Shown: piece after piece, positions 27,801-41,377 of the stretch
How the letters are laid out: each line of letters begins with the position of its first letter
How positions within the stretch are numbered: position 1 is the first letter of the stretch
DNA from: Chrysomallon squamiferum
Taxonomy: Eukaryota; Animalia; Mollusca
Length of the DNA stretch: 64,000 nt
NCBI GenBank assembly: GCA_012295275.1
Contig: CM022670.1
Coordinates: forward strand, 16,554,001-16,618,000
Direction of reading: 5' to 3'
Notes under the pieces: generated by a model
What the model saw: the letters and a program-made list of their open reading frames with translations, nothing else
What the model was told of the DNA's origin: nothing
Databases searched by the model: none
Translations under genes and position numbers: made by a program

Positions 27801-30800
27801 TATTTTATGTTAGTCTAATAATATTTTTAATTTTTTTTATTTGACATTAATAGAAATATTGCTTTAAATTGTCACATTTTAATAGCTGTTCTGATAATAA
27901 TAATAACTGGTGCAAATGCTCATATTGTCTTTACGCAGCAACAGTTGGGATTAGTTCAGCTCTACAATTTCTTCTACTGGTAAAATACTTACACGCAAGC
28001 CGCTCCACAGTTACAAGGATTTCTTCCTTTTGTTGAATCTGCGATGTAATTAATGTAAACTCGATCCATACATTGCCATTCTGTACAAAAATATTTACAC
28101 AGCAAAATAAATAATAAACTAAACAACAATTAGTCAGTCGTATTATGAATTATTAAAAATCATTTCTACTTTTTGGAAATTAATTTATTTTTTGTTAATC
28201 TAACTGCAAATATTCATGCGTGAACAGTTTGAAATTCGTTTAATATCTATCTATATCTATTTATCTATCTATTTATATATATATATAAATTTTTATACCC
28301 ATTGTATATTTGAATGTTTATTCATTGTTAAAAAAAAAAAATGTATCATACTGTTTGTTTAATTTATAATGTTTTATTTTACGACGTACCTTCAAAAGAA
28401 TCACAGTTTCTAACTTTAGCCTGCTGAGTCGATGCAAATGAAAAGTCTTGGCAAGGCTGACACGAACAATTACTGATTGTGAGAGACCTCAAACACAGCT
28501 CTCGACAAGCCTACATATCAAAAATTAAAAAAAAAAAAAAGAAATAGTCATAAAATGTCGCATTCAAAATGCAAATAAACCAAATTTGTTTTAGTAAAAA
28601 TCAAAAACATGATTTGATCGGGTCAGAAAATGTTAAGTCACCGTTCGCCAAGATTCACTAGAAAAATGGGTCGCTGATACTGAACCTCTTACTATCTGTC
28701 TCCATTGTCAACCTACTCGGTGAATGCATTTGTTTTGGTCATGTGTTTCGGATCATCGAATGAAGAAAACTTCATTGTATTCAGATTTGTGTTATTAATT
28801 ATTATTGGAAGTGATTTAGTAAAATGAAATCTGAAAGAGTAAATATAATATTTTACTTAAAGCGGTACTCTGACTAATTTACAGAAATATATATTTAAAG
28901 GGGACATTCCTAGAGGTAGGAAAACATACAGCAAAGTCTCTGATGTATGAATTGCTGGAATGGTACAGATTCGCGAAGAAGAACTGATTCTATAACTTCT
29001 CTATAATTATTTAATTTATAACAAAAATGTTTCTTCTTTTTTAACAAACCTTTACAAATTTATTTAATTTTTTTTTTTTTTTATTTAGTTTTTTTTTTTT
29101 TTTTTATTTGTCTGTTTAATTTTTTAATTTAAAAAAAATATATTGTTTAATTGTTTGTTTGTTTATTTTATTTATTTCTTTTTTCTTTTTCTTGTGTATG
29201 TGTGTGAAAACAACTGAATATATTTTATTTTAAGGCAAAAGCCTCAAAAGTGATACTTACTTTTTCCGAGTACTGAATTCCGTATAATTTCCTGAATTCG
29301 TCAGTCGCATTGCATTTGCCGTATTTTCCCGAAAGCCGGCGAATATTTATCTAGCAAAGGGAAAGCAATAAATAAGTAAATAATAGAAACCAGTGGCAAA
29401 CAGACAATGCTTATCATTCTTTGGTGTTTACTAGTTAACACGTTTTTCACTGAATACAGTTTTGCTTTTCGTTTTCGTTTTGCAAAGTGTTTTTGGTCAA
29501 AGTAATAAAAAGAAGTTCAGTATATACTATTTTCTATAAAACTTCCACTAAATAACACGGGCCTATATCAGTATCAAGGTTAAAGTATTCTAAAATGATT
29601 TCTCAGTTAATTTTGAGACGCTTTCAGATAAACCTGTATTTATTCTTTGTGTTACAGCTTAAAATGTCCTTACTGAAACTTTTCAAAGATGTTTTCACCA
29701 AATACGTATTATTTTAGTTTGCTGGTATATTTATTAATTTATTTATTCATTATTCCACGTTATATTTGCTTTAAAAAAATTAATAAAATGGACGTGATAA
29801 AAACAGATTATTAGCATTAAGTGTAAATAATATATAGTCTGTCAAAACTCACAGAACTTTATGCCATTTCTATTTTAATTCATAGCGATTATTCTATACT
29901 ACTCATAAAACACGACAATAAAATATTTAAATGTATTGTTATTTTATATTACTGTGAAAATGTGGTTGCTGGCAATTAAAACATTAACTTGGAAATAGTC
30001 CCTGTTTTATATAACTATGCATTATGTTGACTGTATTTAAGAAAAAAAATTCTATGTGGTTATGGACTAAGTTCCTTTATTTATTTATTTATTTATTTTG
30101 AATTTATATATTTCTTATACGCTATATATAATTTTAAATATATAATTATATATATTTTTAAGTATCCGTAAGCCTAAATAGTTCAAACTAGTATCATTAA
30201 AAATATTTTGTAGATAAAAAGATATATATATTGCTATACATTAATAACTATTATTGTTAACATTTAAAACAAAAAACAAAAAATAAATTAATAAATAATC
30301 TGACTAAAAAATATTAACAGCAACATTTTTAACAAGACAGATTTGAATTTTTAAAATATTTTTACCACTATCTTTTTTATTTTTTTCGTTATTTATTTTT
30401 TATATATTTGCATAATCTGCCAGCATTAAGCATCTTTAAACATAAAAAATTTTTACTTTTGTTTACTGAAAATGTTACATATAATAAAATAATTTATATT
30501 CAGTACCAATTTCAAAACCACGTGACTTTCGGCACCAGCCGATAACACAACTCCTTCAGTAGCCGGATACGGAAGTGTTCCATTTTCGTTTATGACAAGT
30601 TTTAATCCATAGGCGTTTCCAAATGTCTCGATAAATTCTTCTGTTTGAAGATCAATTGTCATATCGAGACCTGTATAATAATAATAATAATGATGATAAT
30701 AATAATAATAATAATATGGTAATCATGATGATGATAATTATGATGATAATGATTATATAATAATAATAATATGATGATGATGATAATAATATAATGATGA

Positions 30801-33800
30801 TGTTGATAATGATATTCTGAAATAGGTAACAATCGTAAACATTACAATGAAATAAATAAAATAAAATAATAATATCAACAAAAATAAATAAATAAATAAA
30901 TAAAAAGAATAGAATAGAATGGTATAGAATGTTAACTGTGTAAAAAAAAAAAAAAAAAAAAATGGATCTGAGTAATTGTAAAGAAATCATCCTAGGTTTA
31001 CATGTTTTGTTTTTCAAGTTGTAAAAGAAATACCCGAGACAAAGATTGGTCTGCAGATTAACCACATTCAGTGCTCCATCATTTTTAGCATAATAAATAC
31101 GTATGATATATTTATTTAATAATACATGAAAAAGCCATCTGTGATGTTGCTGATATTTTTATATATATATATATAAACTAATTAGTCCTCAATCATATAA
31201 TCATTGCTGAGTAAAGCGATTGTTCTAAAAAATATCATTTATATTTCGTGTTACTTATTCATTCATAAATGTTACTTGATTTATTATGTTCAGTCATCAA
31301 TTACGATTGTGGCGTCATTATAGTGGACTGAGTATGTCAAAATAACCAAACATTTTAATTTCTTATGTATTGTTAAGGACATATCTGGCCTGGTTATTCC
31401 TTCAAAAATTAAAAGGATGTAGATAAAGGGTTGAATGATGGTCAGAATGGTAGTGTATATGTGTGTGTGTATATATGTCTATCTACATATATATACACAC
31501 ATCTCTATCTATCTATCTGTCTTTCTGTCTGTCTATCTGTCTATCTATCTCTGTCTATCTGTCTGTCTATGTATCTCTCTATGTATATCCATATCTATTA
31601 TCTTTATCTATCTTTGTATCTATGCACACACATCTACAATGAAAACTCAAACCTCTAATCAGTATTATAAACCTTTTGCCAGCTCTTTACAAATTGTAAT
31701 ATATTTTATAAATACATTGATGTAATTATATTATGATTATAGCCATGGTTATATTGACTGATGTTACTGTTTCAAACTAATGTAAATATAACAGTTCTTC
31801 AGCTGTCTGACACAGTTTGCTTCATTAAATGTTTTATGTATGTATATAATCAGTACCTGCACCCGGTCCAGTTTTAGAGGCTCGGAATCCTTTGGAATTA
31901 AGTGTGTAGCAATTACCGTGAGTCAGCGAGAGAAAACTTGTAAAATTACTACAAAAACAACGTGCAGTCATATTTAGACAGAGACACATTTACCTTTATG
32001 ATAACATATGTACACATATAAACACACAGGTATACACACATATGTACATATACATAAACACAGGTCCATGAATGTGCATATTTACACAGATACAGTCACA
32101 GACTCATGGACACATACATACACACAAAAGAAACACAAACATATACACAAACACTCACAAACATACACTCAAACACATACATATATACGAAACATTAAAT
32201 AAATATATATACACACACAACCACACACAGAGACAGGGAAAAACAAAACAGAATAATACATAAATTGAACACTATATATATATATATAAACACATACATA
32301 AAGATCAGTCAGTCAAAATTACTGTAATTTATGTACTCACGCTGCAGAACACTTTATGTTATTCAATGTACATTCTAGTAACATGTCTGTCATCTGGTGA
32401 CCCATCGTTTTTCTTGTTGTTCTGAAAATATTTTAATATTTGATCAATTGAACAGTGTACGTATTTGTATGTATGTATGTAATTATGCGTGTACGTTTCT
32501 ACGTGTGTTTGTGTGACGTCTTTCTGCGACGTCCGCGTGTACGTTTCTTCGTGTGTTTGTGTGACGTCTTTCTGCGACGTCCGCGTGTACGTTTCTACGT
32601 GTGTTTGTGTGACGTCTTTCTGCGACGTCCGCATGTTTCACCAGTTCAAACTGTTCAACACTGTTTTGTCACGGAATTCAGACTGCGTAACAAATTTATC
32701 TTTCTGCGTCATCCGCATGCTTATTTTTATGTTACGGAATTCAAATTGCTTAAGAAATTTATCTTTGCTGCCAATTTTTCAAATCCAAGGGGCTGTTTTG
32801 AAAGTGCTGGCACTTCGTAATTAAAGAGAGAACTCCTGTCCCGGAGCCCATCCCTGGCGATGTTAGAGATCAGATCAGAGATAGGCGTTCCTGAACCTAT
32901 TTTTGGATGTGGTCACGTAATAAAAGTTCCCATAACCATACGGAAGGAAAAAGAAAACACGACAGCCAAATCGTTCAGTCAGGCGGGGAACCAATGTTTT
33001 TGAATGACACTGTCTTTACGGACGAGTAATGTAAGTCACTGTCTGTTCTTATTTTGATAGGGTGTAATGTGCAATTAACCTGTGTCAGTAAGATCCATAC
33101 ATTTTTAATTGTTTAATCAGTCCTCCGTGCAGATTCCTATTTTATCTAGGTTCCCCGTTTGACCTTACTGGTATCATTAATCAAAGGTATTTAAAAATAT
33201 GTTTTATCGATTGTATAATGTATTATTAATTAATTTGTACCTTAATTTGTGTTGTGTTTATTTCTCTAGTGGATAGACAGAATTATTGACTTATAGTTTA
33301 GTTTTTAAATTCTTTGTTAGATGGCTATTAAAGCACTTTTTCACCTAGACTGAGCCGTAATAAAACATCGAAGATGTTTTATGGTGTGGGCCCCGTGACA
33401 GTATGTTCGTACGTATGTATATATGTATATATGTATATATGTATACATGTATGTATGTATGTTGAAAGCAATATTTCAGTAACAATTTAAAAATTAATAA
33501 GGGAAAAATGTAAAGATGCCAAATGAAAAGATATAATAAAATAACACATACTCTGTCTTTTTAGACTGAAACATACAAATAAAACTTAGCGAAATAACAC
33601 GGGAGCAGTAAATTATATCAGTATTAGAATTCATCGAATTGAAGTAAAAGATAAACAAATAATATAGAAATATAACTAAAAGAAGAAATTATTTATATAA
33701 AAATAATTTTTAAATCGTCTCACGTTGATGTAATTTCATAATTACTAACACTGTAACAAAAACTCACTCGTCCAAACTTTGCATCATGTTGCTGATTAAC

Positions 33801-34199
33801 CTTGACCTTATGTAGAATGCGTTTAGCCCTTTCACTTCCTCTTCATAGCACGTATTTCCGTCTTCTCCATAACACACCCACTCGGTCGTTGAAAAGTCGT
33901 AGTTGATGCTGTACGTGTCGTTAAGACAGGCCTGAGATGAACATTAAACTCGGTTGTGATTATTTTCTAGTAATAACTCAATACAAACCTGATGAAAAAT
34001 CAAATGTAATAGGTACATGATGTATAGAGTGTAGAGAGATTGAGAGAGTAGTAGAACATGAGAAAGTTAATGAAGGAGAGAGACAAATAGGTAGATAGAT
34101 AGATTTAGACATAAAGAAAAAGAGAAAAAAACACAAGGGCATTTTATATATATATATATATATATATATTATTTTATTTATTATTTATATTTATATATG

Positions 34200-34274
<75 letters not shown>

Positions 34275-35190
34275 ATCGTAACCACTTGGATTACAAACCT
34301 CACTTTGATACTCTTCGCTCACTTGGAATGCTTTCTGGAGGTCACAAAAAGCTATTTTTACCTGGGACAACCTGACAGCATTTGTGTTGCATACAGTTAT
34401 GCTGGGAAACGACAAAGCACTATAACCTAAAGAAACGGTTGTCTTTGTGGGCCAGGAGTAATAGGATGTGAAAAGCGAGTTCAGCTGATAGATCATTACG
34501 CCTGTAGCAGCAAGAAAGAACACCAGCCACATAAACTTTCCGATAATTCTTGGTGACGACCATATCTTGGGAATTCCCTGGAAAGATGTTGATTCTATGA
34601 AGTAGACAAACGATGACCTCCATTTTCCTGGAATTTTATCTTCTGCTGATGATGTTCGATTTTCAGGAGCCGATTTCGACTCTAACTGAAACGAAACAAA
34701 AAGAAACAAACAAACAAAAAATTAACAAATCAAATAAAAGCAGATATTATACTTCGTATAATGATTCTAAAGAACATAAATTTGGTTAAGCATGTTGTAT
34801 TAATTCGTTTTTACTGTCCTATGAAGTTTATATAACTTTATCACATTTCCTAACTATTAAACGTCATATCTCAATAATATTACCTATAAAACAAATTTAG
34901 TATTCTGTAATAAAGACAATTACATATCCGCGTTATTCAGAGAAAGACGTGCAAACTCTAGTATTCTCTGATAACAAAACTTATAGATCTGTGCAGTTCT
35001 GAGACAAACGTGCAAACAAAATCTAGTGTTCTCTAATAAGAATACTTATATATCCACGTTGTTCAGAGTAAGACGTGAAATTAAAATCTAGTGTTCTCTG
35101 AAAATAACACTTAAGAAAATAGCGCTGTTCTGAGAAAGACGGGAAAACAAAATCTAAAGGTCTCCATACAGTTGACCTCTGTCTATCCAT
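24900..35190 (-). CDS. DEG/ENaC (amiloride-sensitive sodium channel family) subunit, paralog 1, ~540 aa
   Basis: Exons (minus): 35190-~35115 (donor mutated), 34685-34299, 33931-33768, 32421-32341, 31948-31857, 30670-30507, 29350-29261, 28510-28390, 28080-27993, 27683-27626, 26712-26618, 25577-25502, 25031-24900 (TAA); exons 2-13 in frame with no stops. Motifs: TM1 FMWLVFFLAATGVMIYQL, FPSITVCNTN, GHQMTDMLLEC, HGNCYTLN, TLPYPATEG, Cys-rich thumb, RDWP, RIYYGTLNYESITETPEY, TM2 FLSDIGGTMGLWIGCSVLSIIEVLE. Confidence 0.92.
25740..26455. repeat. A-rich low-complexity (AAAT/AAAAT)n tract in a channel intron, absent from the duplicate
   Basis: Direct reading; duplicate joins 42815 directly to the sequence equivalent to about 26445. 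Confidence 0.85.
26834..27194 (-). mobile_element. Tigger/pogo-like DNA transposon remnant (deleted copy)
   Basis: TA|CAGTGGTACCTTGACTTGCGAA left TIR; residual SAKDSAERKK N-terminal peptide; homologous to 43214-43951 but lacking the HTH segment and right TIR. Confidence 0.8.
32455..33460. repeat. intronic interspersed-repeat-like segment with 48-bp tandem triplet and CGAAG-loop hairpin (Helentron/HINE-like architecture)
   Basis: CpG-rich 48-bp unit x3 at 32488-32631 (single unit in duplicate at about 49428-49465); TAAAACATC-GAA-GATGTTTTA hairpin at 33361-33381 followed by (TATG)n. Confidence 0.45.
34895..35158 (-). repeat. ~62-65-bp minisatellite x4 spanning the first coding exon/intron junction of channel paralog 1
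   Basis: Unit AAAATCTAGTGTTCTCTGATAATAACACTTAYAKATCYGCGYTGTTCWGAGAAAGACG; equivalent array at 52357-52620. Confidence 0.85.
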
Positions 35191-35640
35191 AGGAATAAAA
35201 ATACTAGCTGACTTTTCGTAACCAGACACATTCACAATGATAATTGTGTACAAAACGAAAGGTTTCCATTTTTATACTCCGATTGCATTTTTTTGGTTGT
35301 TTTCTCTTTCTTTTTTCTTTAAAACCGTTGTTACTTATAAACAGAACTCGGGAAAGATTTTAGAGGAATTTACGGAGTAACAACATGCCTTATGTGTGTT
35401 TTGAACTGAATTATCTCAACGAGTCTGAGTGGATGTGACAAGTTTTCTTCCACTCGTCTCATCACAAAGCCATTCTGCTCCACTGCACGTTCAGTTTGTC
35501 AATGACCGTCATCTAACCCTTTACAAATACATTTGTTTTATTTAAGTGTTTGTTCTTATCGTTTGAATCACTCTTTATATATATATATATATATTGAAAG
35601 AGAGAGGGACAGTGAGAGAACCACAGAGAGGGAGAAATAA

Positions 35641-35786
<146 letters not shown>

Positions 35787-37720
35787 AACCTGGTTCCGGA
35801 TAAGAGGAGACTGGTATGAATTTTTCATCACAAATACAGAATTAGGGGCAATGAAAACATGTAATAATTCTGTCTCTGAATATTAGCAAACTCTACCGGA
35901 ATTGAAAAAAAAGTGTCTTTATTAGAATTGTTTTCTTTCTGTCACACACCAAACTAAACAATTTAATGTTAAGGGTTGTTTTTGGTGTTTTTCTTCTTTT
36001 TTCTTCCTTCTTCTTTTGTTTTTTGTACGGTTTTTTTGCCGATTTGTATTCCATCTTTTTAATATGAACTTGTTCTCTTCAATGTATATAATAATCATAT
36101 TTTTAATATATCTAATTCTAAGCTTAATGTATTATGGTTAACTTCATCATGTATTTTTTGTTTTGATCATTATATATAATAAATGTAAAAAATGAGTTAA
36201 ATATATCTTATTCTCATGTTACGTTTTGTGTTTTATTAATAAAATATCACTGATTATCTTTCATCACAGTATAGAACAAAATGCTTGGATGGTATTCTTT
36301 GGGAATGGATGAGTTGATAAATGAAAAGTAGAATTTCCATAACAGTAGCATTATTAGACCATTAATAATATTCAAAGAGTCTTTTATTTGTTCAGGTGTG
36401 ACCTTGTCTTAAAACGAGTTAAATTATTGATCACGTTTTGTTTGTAATTATTAAATGGTGCGTTTCCAATACTTATTATAAAATTAAGTTTGATTGTTAC
36501 AACAAAACATTTATTGAAGCAATTTAGCCAAATAACTGAAGAATTGTTAATTCTGCATTAGTTTGAAACAATAACAGGCATGAGTCAAAAACCATGTAGG
36601 TAAACAGCATAAATTACATTAACTTATTTCTAAAATGTACTAGAAAACATCGTCATCGATCTGCTTGGCAAAAGGTTTAAAATACTGAATGTACACAAAT
36701 ATATAAATAAAATAATAATAAAATAAAACAAATACTAATAATGAAATTTTAATTAAATTTTTTTTTAAATATAGTGTTTACAGTTACACGTATCACTTGT
36801 TACATGTAACTTAACTGAAGACTTACTTCGTTTGTTTTGATATTTTGAGTTTTTAACTTTTGTTAAAGCCTTTTCTTGTTGTCTCATTAGGTAACCCCAG
36901 ACCTCACTTAATCCTTCTTAATAGACTCACTTGTAGTAATATTTGCACTTACTATAGTGTCGCTCAAGTATTATCTCACTCAGATACCCTATTAAATTAA
37001 TATTGTACATCACTATTATGAAAAAAAGTTATCCTCAAATTCACTACTTTACAAAATAAAACCACGTAGCAGAATTTATCATTAAAATATTTAACGCACG
37101 ACCACATCGCGCGTTCAGTTAGTATTGTTTCTGTGTTCGTTTGCATCACTGGGTTCATTTAATACGAGTACTGTAAAAAAACTAGAAAATGACCGTTTAA
37201 CAGCTATCACGGAGTCATTGTGTTAACGTACACTACGTAAAATGGCCGTCCTTAAACAGAATCCATAAATGCCTCAATAACGTCCGACAAAATTTATGAG
37301 TTCATTTGTTTGGCATTTTCCAATGTCCATCTAGATGTATATCCACCAACGTGATTATTTTTCTTACATTAGAAAATTCATGTTCGATTGATTCAAAATA
37401 TACCTTTATGCCCAATATTCTAATAAAATTGGAAAAATGTTCTTTCCTTTTGCTTGAAACTGGTAAACTTTAAAAGGAACATTGGACTTTTAGTCTTTAA
37501 TTTAAGTGGGTTTCTTTTAAGGTGATGATGATGTTGTGAATTTGCTGCAGTTATATCGATAAACAAATGATTATATATATTTTTTTGAATAATAGTTCGT
37601 CAACTTTTTTATTTTCAAGAGTCCGACTCAAAAATATACAACTAATGTTGAACGCACAGTATTTTGAGTGAATAAAAACTTTTTTGATTATTATGAACAT
37701 CAGGTGTCTTTCGCTTAGAG

Positions 37721-38128
37721 CAGGGGTGTGCAAACTGCTGCCATGGGAAGGATGTCGCCTCATCACATTTAACCATGAAATTCCTCTGACTGTCAGATGC
37801 CGTGCACATAAAGACGTCCGTTATTAACATTTAGATCCGACAGTTTTAAAATTGTTACTTAGTAAAAGTAATAAATAATATTAATAACTGTTTTATTTTG
37901 ACTTTAATGGGAATCATAAAGGGATGAAGTAAATTTTCGTGGAAACATGTAAACGCAGCCATTATTTATATGCAGAAATTTAAATCACATGGGTTCATTG
38001 TTAGAAAATTATGCAAAAATCATATATGTTACGTTGTTCAGATTTTACGTAATCACAATGAAATTTGTGTAGTGTCAGTGAAGTTAAAGCGCTGTGGATT
38101 ACAAGATCAGAAAGTCTGCGCACCCCTG
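37721..38128. mobile_element. hAT/Charlie-like MITE (408 bp)
   Basis: TIRs CAGGGGTGTGCAAACT / AGTCTGCGCACCCCTG; 8-bp flanks GCTTAGAG / GTTTAGGG (6/8). Only the right part survives in unit 2 (about 55167-55456). Confidence 0.8.
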
Positions 38129-38886
38129 GTTTAGGGTGTGTTGATCTTGTTGGTTCTGAATCTTCTAATTAGATTTTTAATTCATTTGGACAGACAAAGA
38201 CAAGTTATTCATATACAAAATATGGGCAACACAATATTCAGCAACAGGGCCGCCAACTTTACACATGTTTTTTAGAAATCTTTCCGCTTCTCATGAAGTA
38301 TCGTACGTGCAGTCAGAAAGGAATTTTGATATTTTTGTTTCAGTTGTGTTGGAGACTTAAAGGGGAAGCTTGTCTAAACGTTTCTTGAAACAAACGGTTG
38401 TGAGCTGTGAGCAGTATTCATAATACATTTACCATGTCTTTTGATCTGATAATCCATAGTTTGTTACTTCTGATATAATACTACATCACCGGCCATCAGA
38501 TAACTTTATCATGTTTTCACCACAGAGTAAAAAATAAAACCATTAAAAACACTGATGGAATGTTCTTTAATTTGCAGTAAGCTCAGAATACCTTGTTAAA
38601 GCGGAGATACATCATTATTTATTCATATTTTAGTAATTTTCTACGAAGATTTAGTTATCAACGTCCTTTAAACTGAATGCCTTTGCTCATAGAGCTTCTA
38701 GAAAGTTAAATGTACAGATGATAAATCAGCATTCTTTGTTATTTCATTTGCAGTTTATATGCAGTAAATAAATATATATATAATTTAAATATCCATGAAA
38801 TAGCGATAATAATAATGATGACGATAATAATAATAATAATAATATTACTACTACTACTACTACTATTAATAATAATAATAATAAAA

Positions 38887-38921
<35 letters not shown>

Positions 38922-40381
38922 ACACTTACATTTAATTCGGTGTCCACCGCATTTGAAGGCCATGCCATTTTCATTTACTTGTTAGATCAACAAATGTCGA
39001 ATTTTATTCTGTTTGTTTTTGAACGATTACAACAAATTTATTTTTATTTTTTTTTTTTTTTCACGATACGAAATAATAAAATCTGATATATTATTACAAT
39101 AATAATACTAAAAATATATATATATATATTACTTATGTCTTTTGGTGAGAGAAATTTTAAGTAAAAGCAGAGGTCAATATGACTCAGTCGGGTAAATATG
39201 ATCTATGATCTATGTGATGAACCAGCAAGAATTCTTTTATAAATAGAGTTCCAAAGGCTGTTGCGACCAATGAGAAAGCGAGTGCAATAATAGCCAATTA
39301 GTTCCAGCACGTGTAGAATTCATATGTCTGAACACATTTCAGTTTTTTTATCATGGCATAATCAATATTTCTTATTTATCCCAGTGTTGTTTATTTTGTT
39401 TTATTATGTTTTCCGTATGTATTATTTTTGTTGTTGTTATTATTATTGCAACCATTTCTGAAGGAAAGAATACTATTTGTTTTTTGTTCGTTAAAGTGTC
39501 TTTAGTAGTAAGTTGTTTTCTTTCTGTCAGACACCAAACTAAACAATTTAATGTTAAGGGTTTTTTTTGGTGTGTGTGGGGGGTTCTTCTGTTTTTTAAC
39601 TTCTTCTTTTGTTTTTTGTAGGTTTTTTTGGCGATTTGTATACCATCTTTTTAATGTGAAAATATTTCGTAGTCTAAACTTGTTCTCTTCACTGTACATA
39701 ATAATCATATTTTTAATATATGTAATTCTAAGCTTAATGTATTATGGTTAATTTCATCATGTATTTTTAGTTTTGATCATTATATATAATAATCATATGT
39801 TAAATATATCTAATTCTCATGTTACGTTTTGTGTTTCATTAATAAAATATCACTAAATATGTGTGTTCCATTGTAAGTTGTTTTCTTTCTGTCACACACC
39901 AAACTAAACAATTTAATGTTAAGGGGAATTTTGTGTGTTTTTCAACATTTATTCATTCAAACATTGTAAACTTGAATCACCCACCAAATTCACAGTAATT
40001 TAACAATTAACAGATTAGTTTTAACTACTCAAACACTAAATAAAGTACAAATGATACACCCACCAAATTCACAATAATTTAACAATTAACAGATTAAACT
40101 GTAAATAAAGTAGAAGAAAATCAGAACACCTTTTCTAACAATATTCATTCATTTGTTTATTATAACATACACACTGTAACACTCTAGAAACAATTAGGCA
40201 CACAAATCTGAAAAGATACAGATGTAAAGTCAAAACACCCACAAATTACAGCTACCTACAGTCACAGAATGGCCACACACTGTACTAAGTAAAAAAACTC
40301 ACTGTTGCATGCAACACCCACTAATTTCAATTAAGCAATTATCTCATGTAATCAAAGGTGTATTTTAACTCTCTAACTTAC

Positions 40382-41210
40382 CTTTGTTAATGGAATTTTC
40401 TTGAAATTCAGCCATTCTTCTATTTCTTCGTCTGTTGTAAGTATGGCCTGTAAAAGTACTGAGAAATCAACATCCTCGATAAACAATTAAGTATCTTTGT
40501 CTTCTTATGAAGCATCTCAAGTGAAAAGACTAAACTGATAAGCGATCTAGAGATGGGAGATTGATTTCCAAGTTATAAAAATTGATATTAACTAAATGTA
40601 TCCTTTGTCAGAAAATGAAGAAATACAGCAAAGAATATTAAACATTGTATTACATCCAAATATCACAACAAATAATAATAATAATTATTATTATTTATAT
40701 ATCAGGTTTGACGATGGAGACGTAAAATAATTTGATGATGACCACTTAGATTTAATAACAGAATATAAAGTTATTATACCCTACAATATGAAAAAAAAAA
40801 AAAGAAGAAGAAAAAAAAGTAATAATAATAAAAGAAAACAAACATTGGATAATGATATGCCACAAAATAACAACAGGAAGATTTACTGGCATTCGGTTGT
40901 GTATTGCTGACATGACAGGAGATGATTCGACTGTTATAACACTGTACGAATAGATAGGTGCACCTCCCTACAAAGAAAATGTTGACATAAAACTGTATTT
41001 GAAACTAACCATAACCACTCTGAAAAAAATGTTCTCAGTATAAATATTTATTATATTTTCCATACTAACTATTAAAGTATTTACATTCTTTCTCACATGT
41101 TTAAAAAACAAATCAATTATACAAATATATTAATAAATGTACTTACATCTGGGGCCTCCAGATATCAAAAACACCAGCTATTGTCAATAATCTTTTTTTC
41201 TGATAAATTT
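40382..41210 (-). pseudogene. HMCES: HMCES fragment (copies of exons 5-7), non-functional
   Basis: Exon copies at 41208-41147, 40967-40887, 40447-40382; exon-5 copy has acceptor AG>AA and a +1 A frameshift; exons 1-4 deleted, exons 8-9 outside the duplicated unit. Confidence 0.92.
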
Positions 41211-41344
41211 AGGAAATAGAAATATATTCATATACAAGAATCATTTAGCTAATTCCACTTGATGTTTTTCCTTAAATGTTTCTTCCTCTGTGGTGTGTCA
41301 TTTTATGTAAAAAAAATCAGTTTATTAATATTCAATATTTGATT

Positions 41345-41377
<33 letters not shown>

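Noticed and set aside
28560-28990. Higher-complexity intronic segment with TTAAAGGGGACATTCC, reminiscent of a Kolobok-type terminus
   Set aside because: No matching opposite end or TSD could be identified; insufficient support.
32359-32824. Overlapping ORFs with 16-aa repeats (TSQKDVTQTHVETYTR etc.)
   Set aside because: Product of a 48-bp intronic tandem triplet that is single-copy in the duplicate; no domain evidence.
34191-34298. C-terminal SLSLSL extension of the channel ORFs (also 51607-51762)
   Set aside because: Read-through into an intronic (GA)n repeat beyond the GAG|GTTTGT donor.
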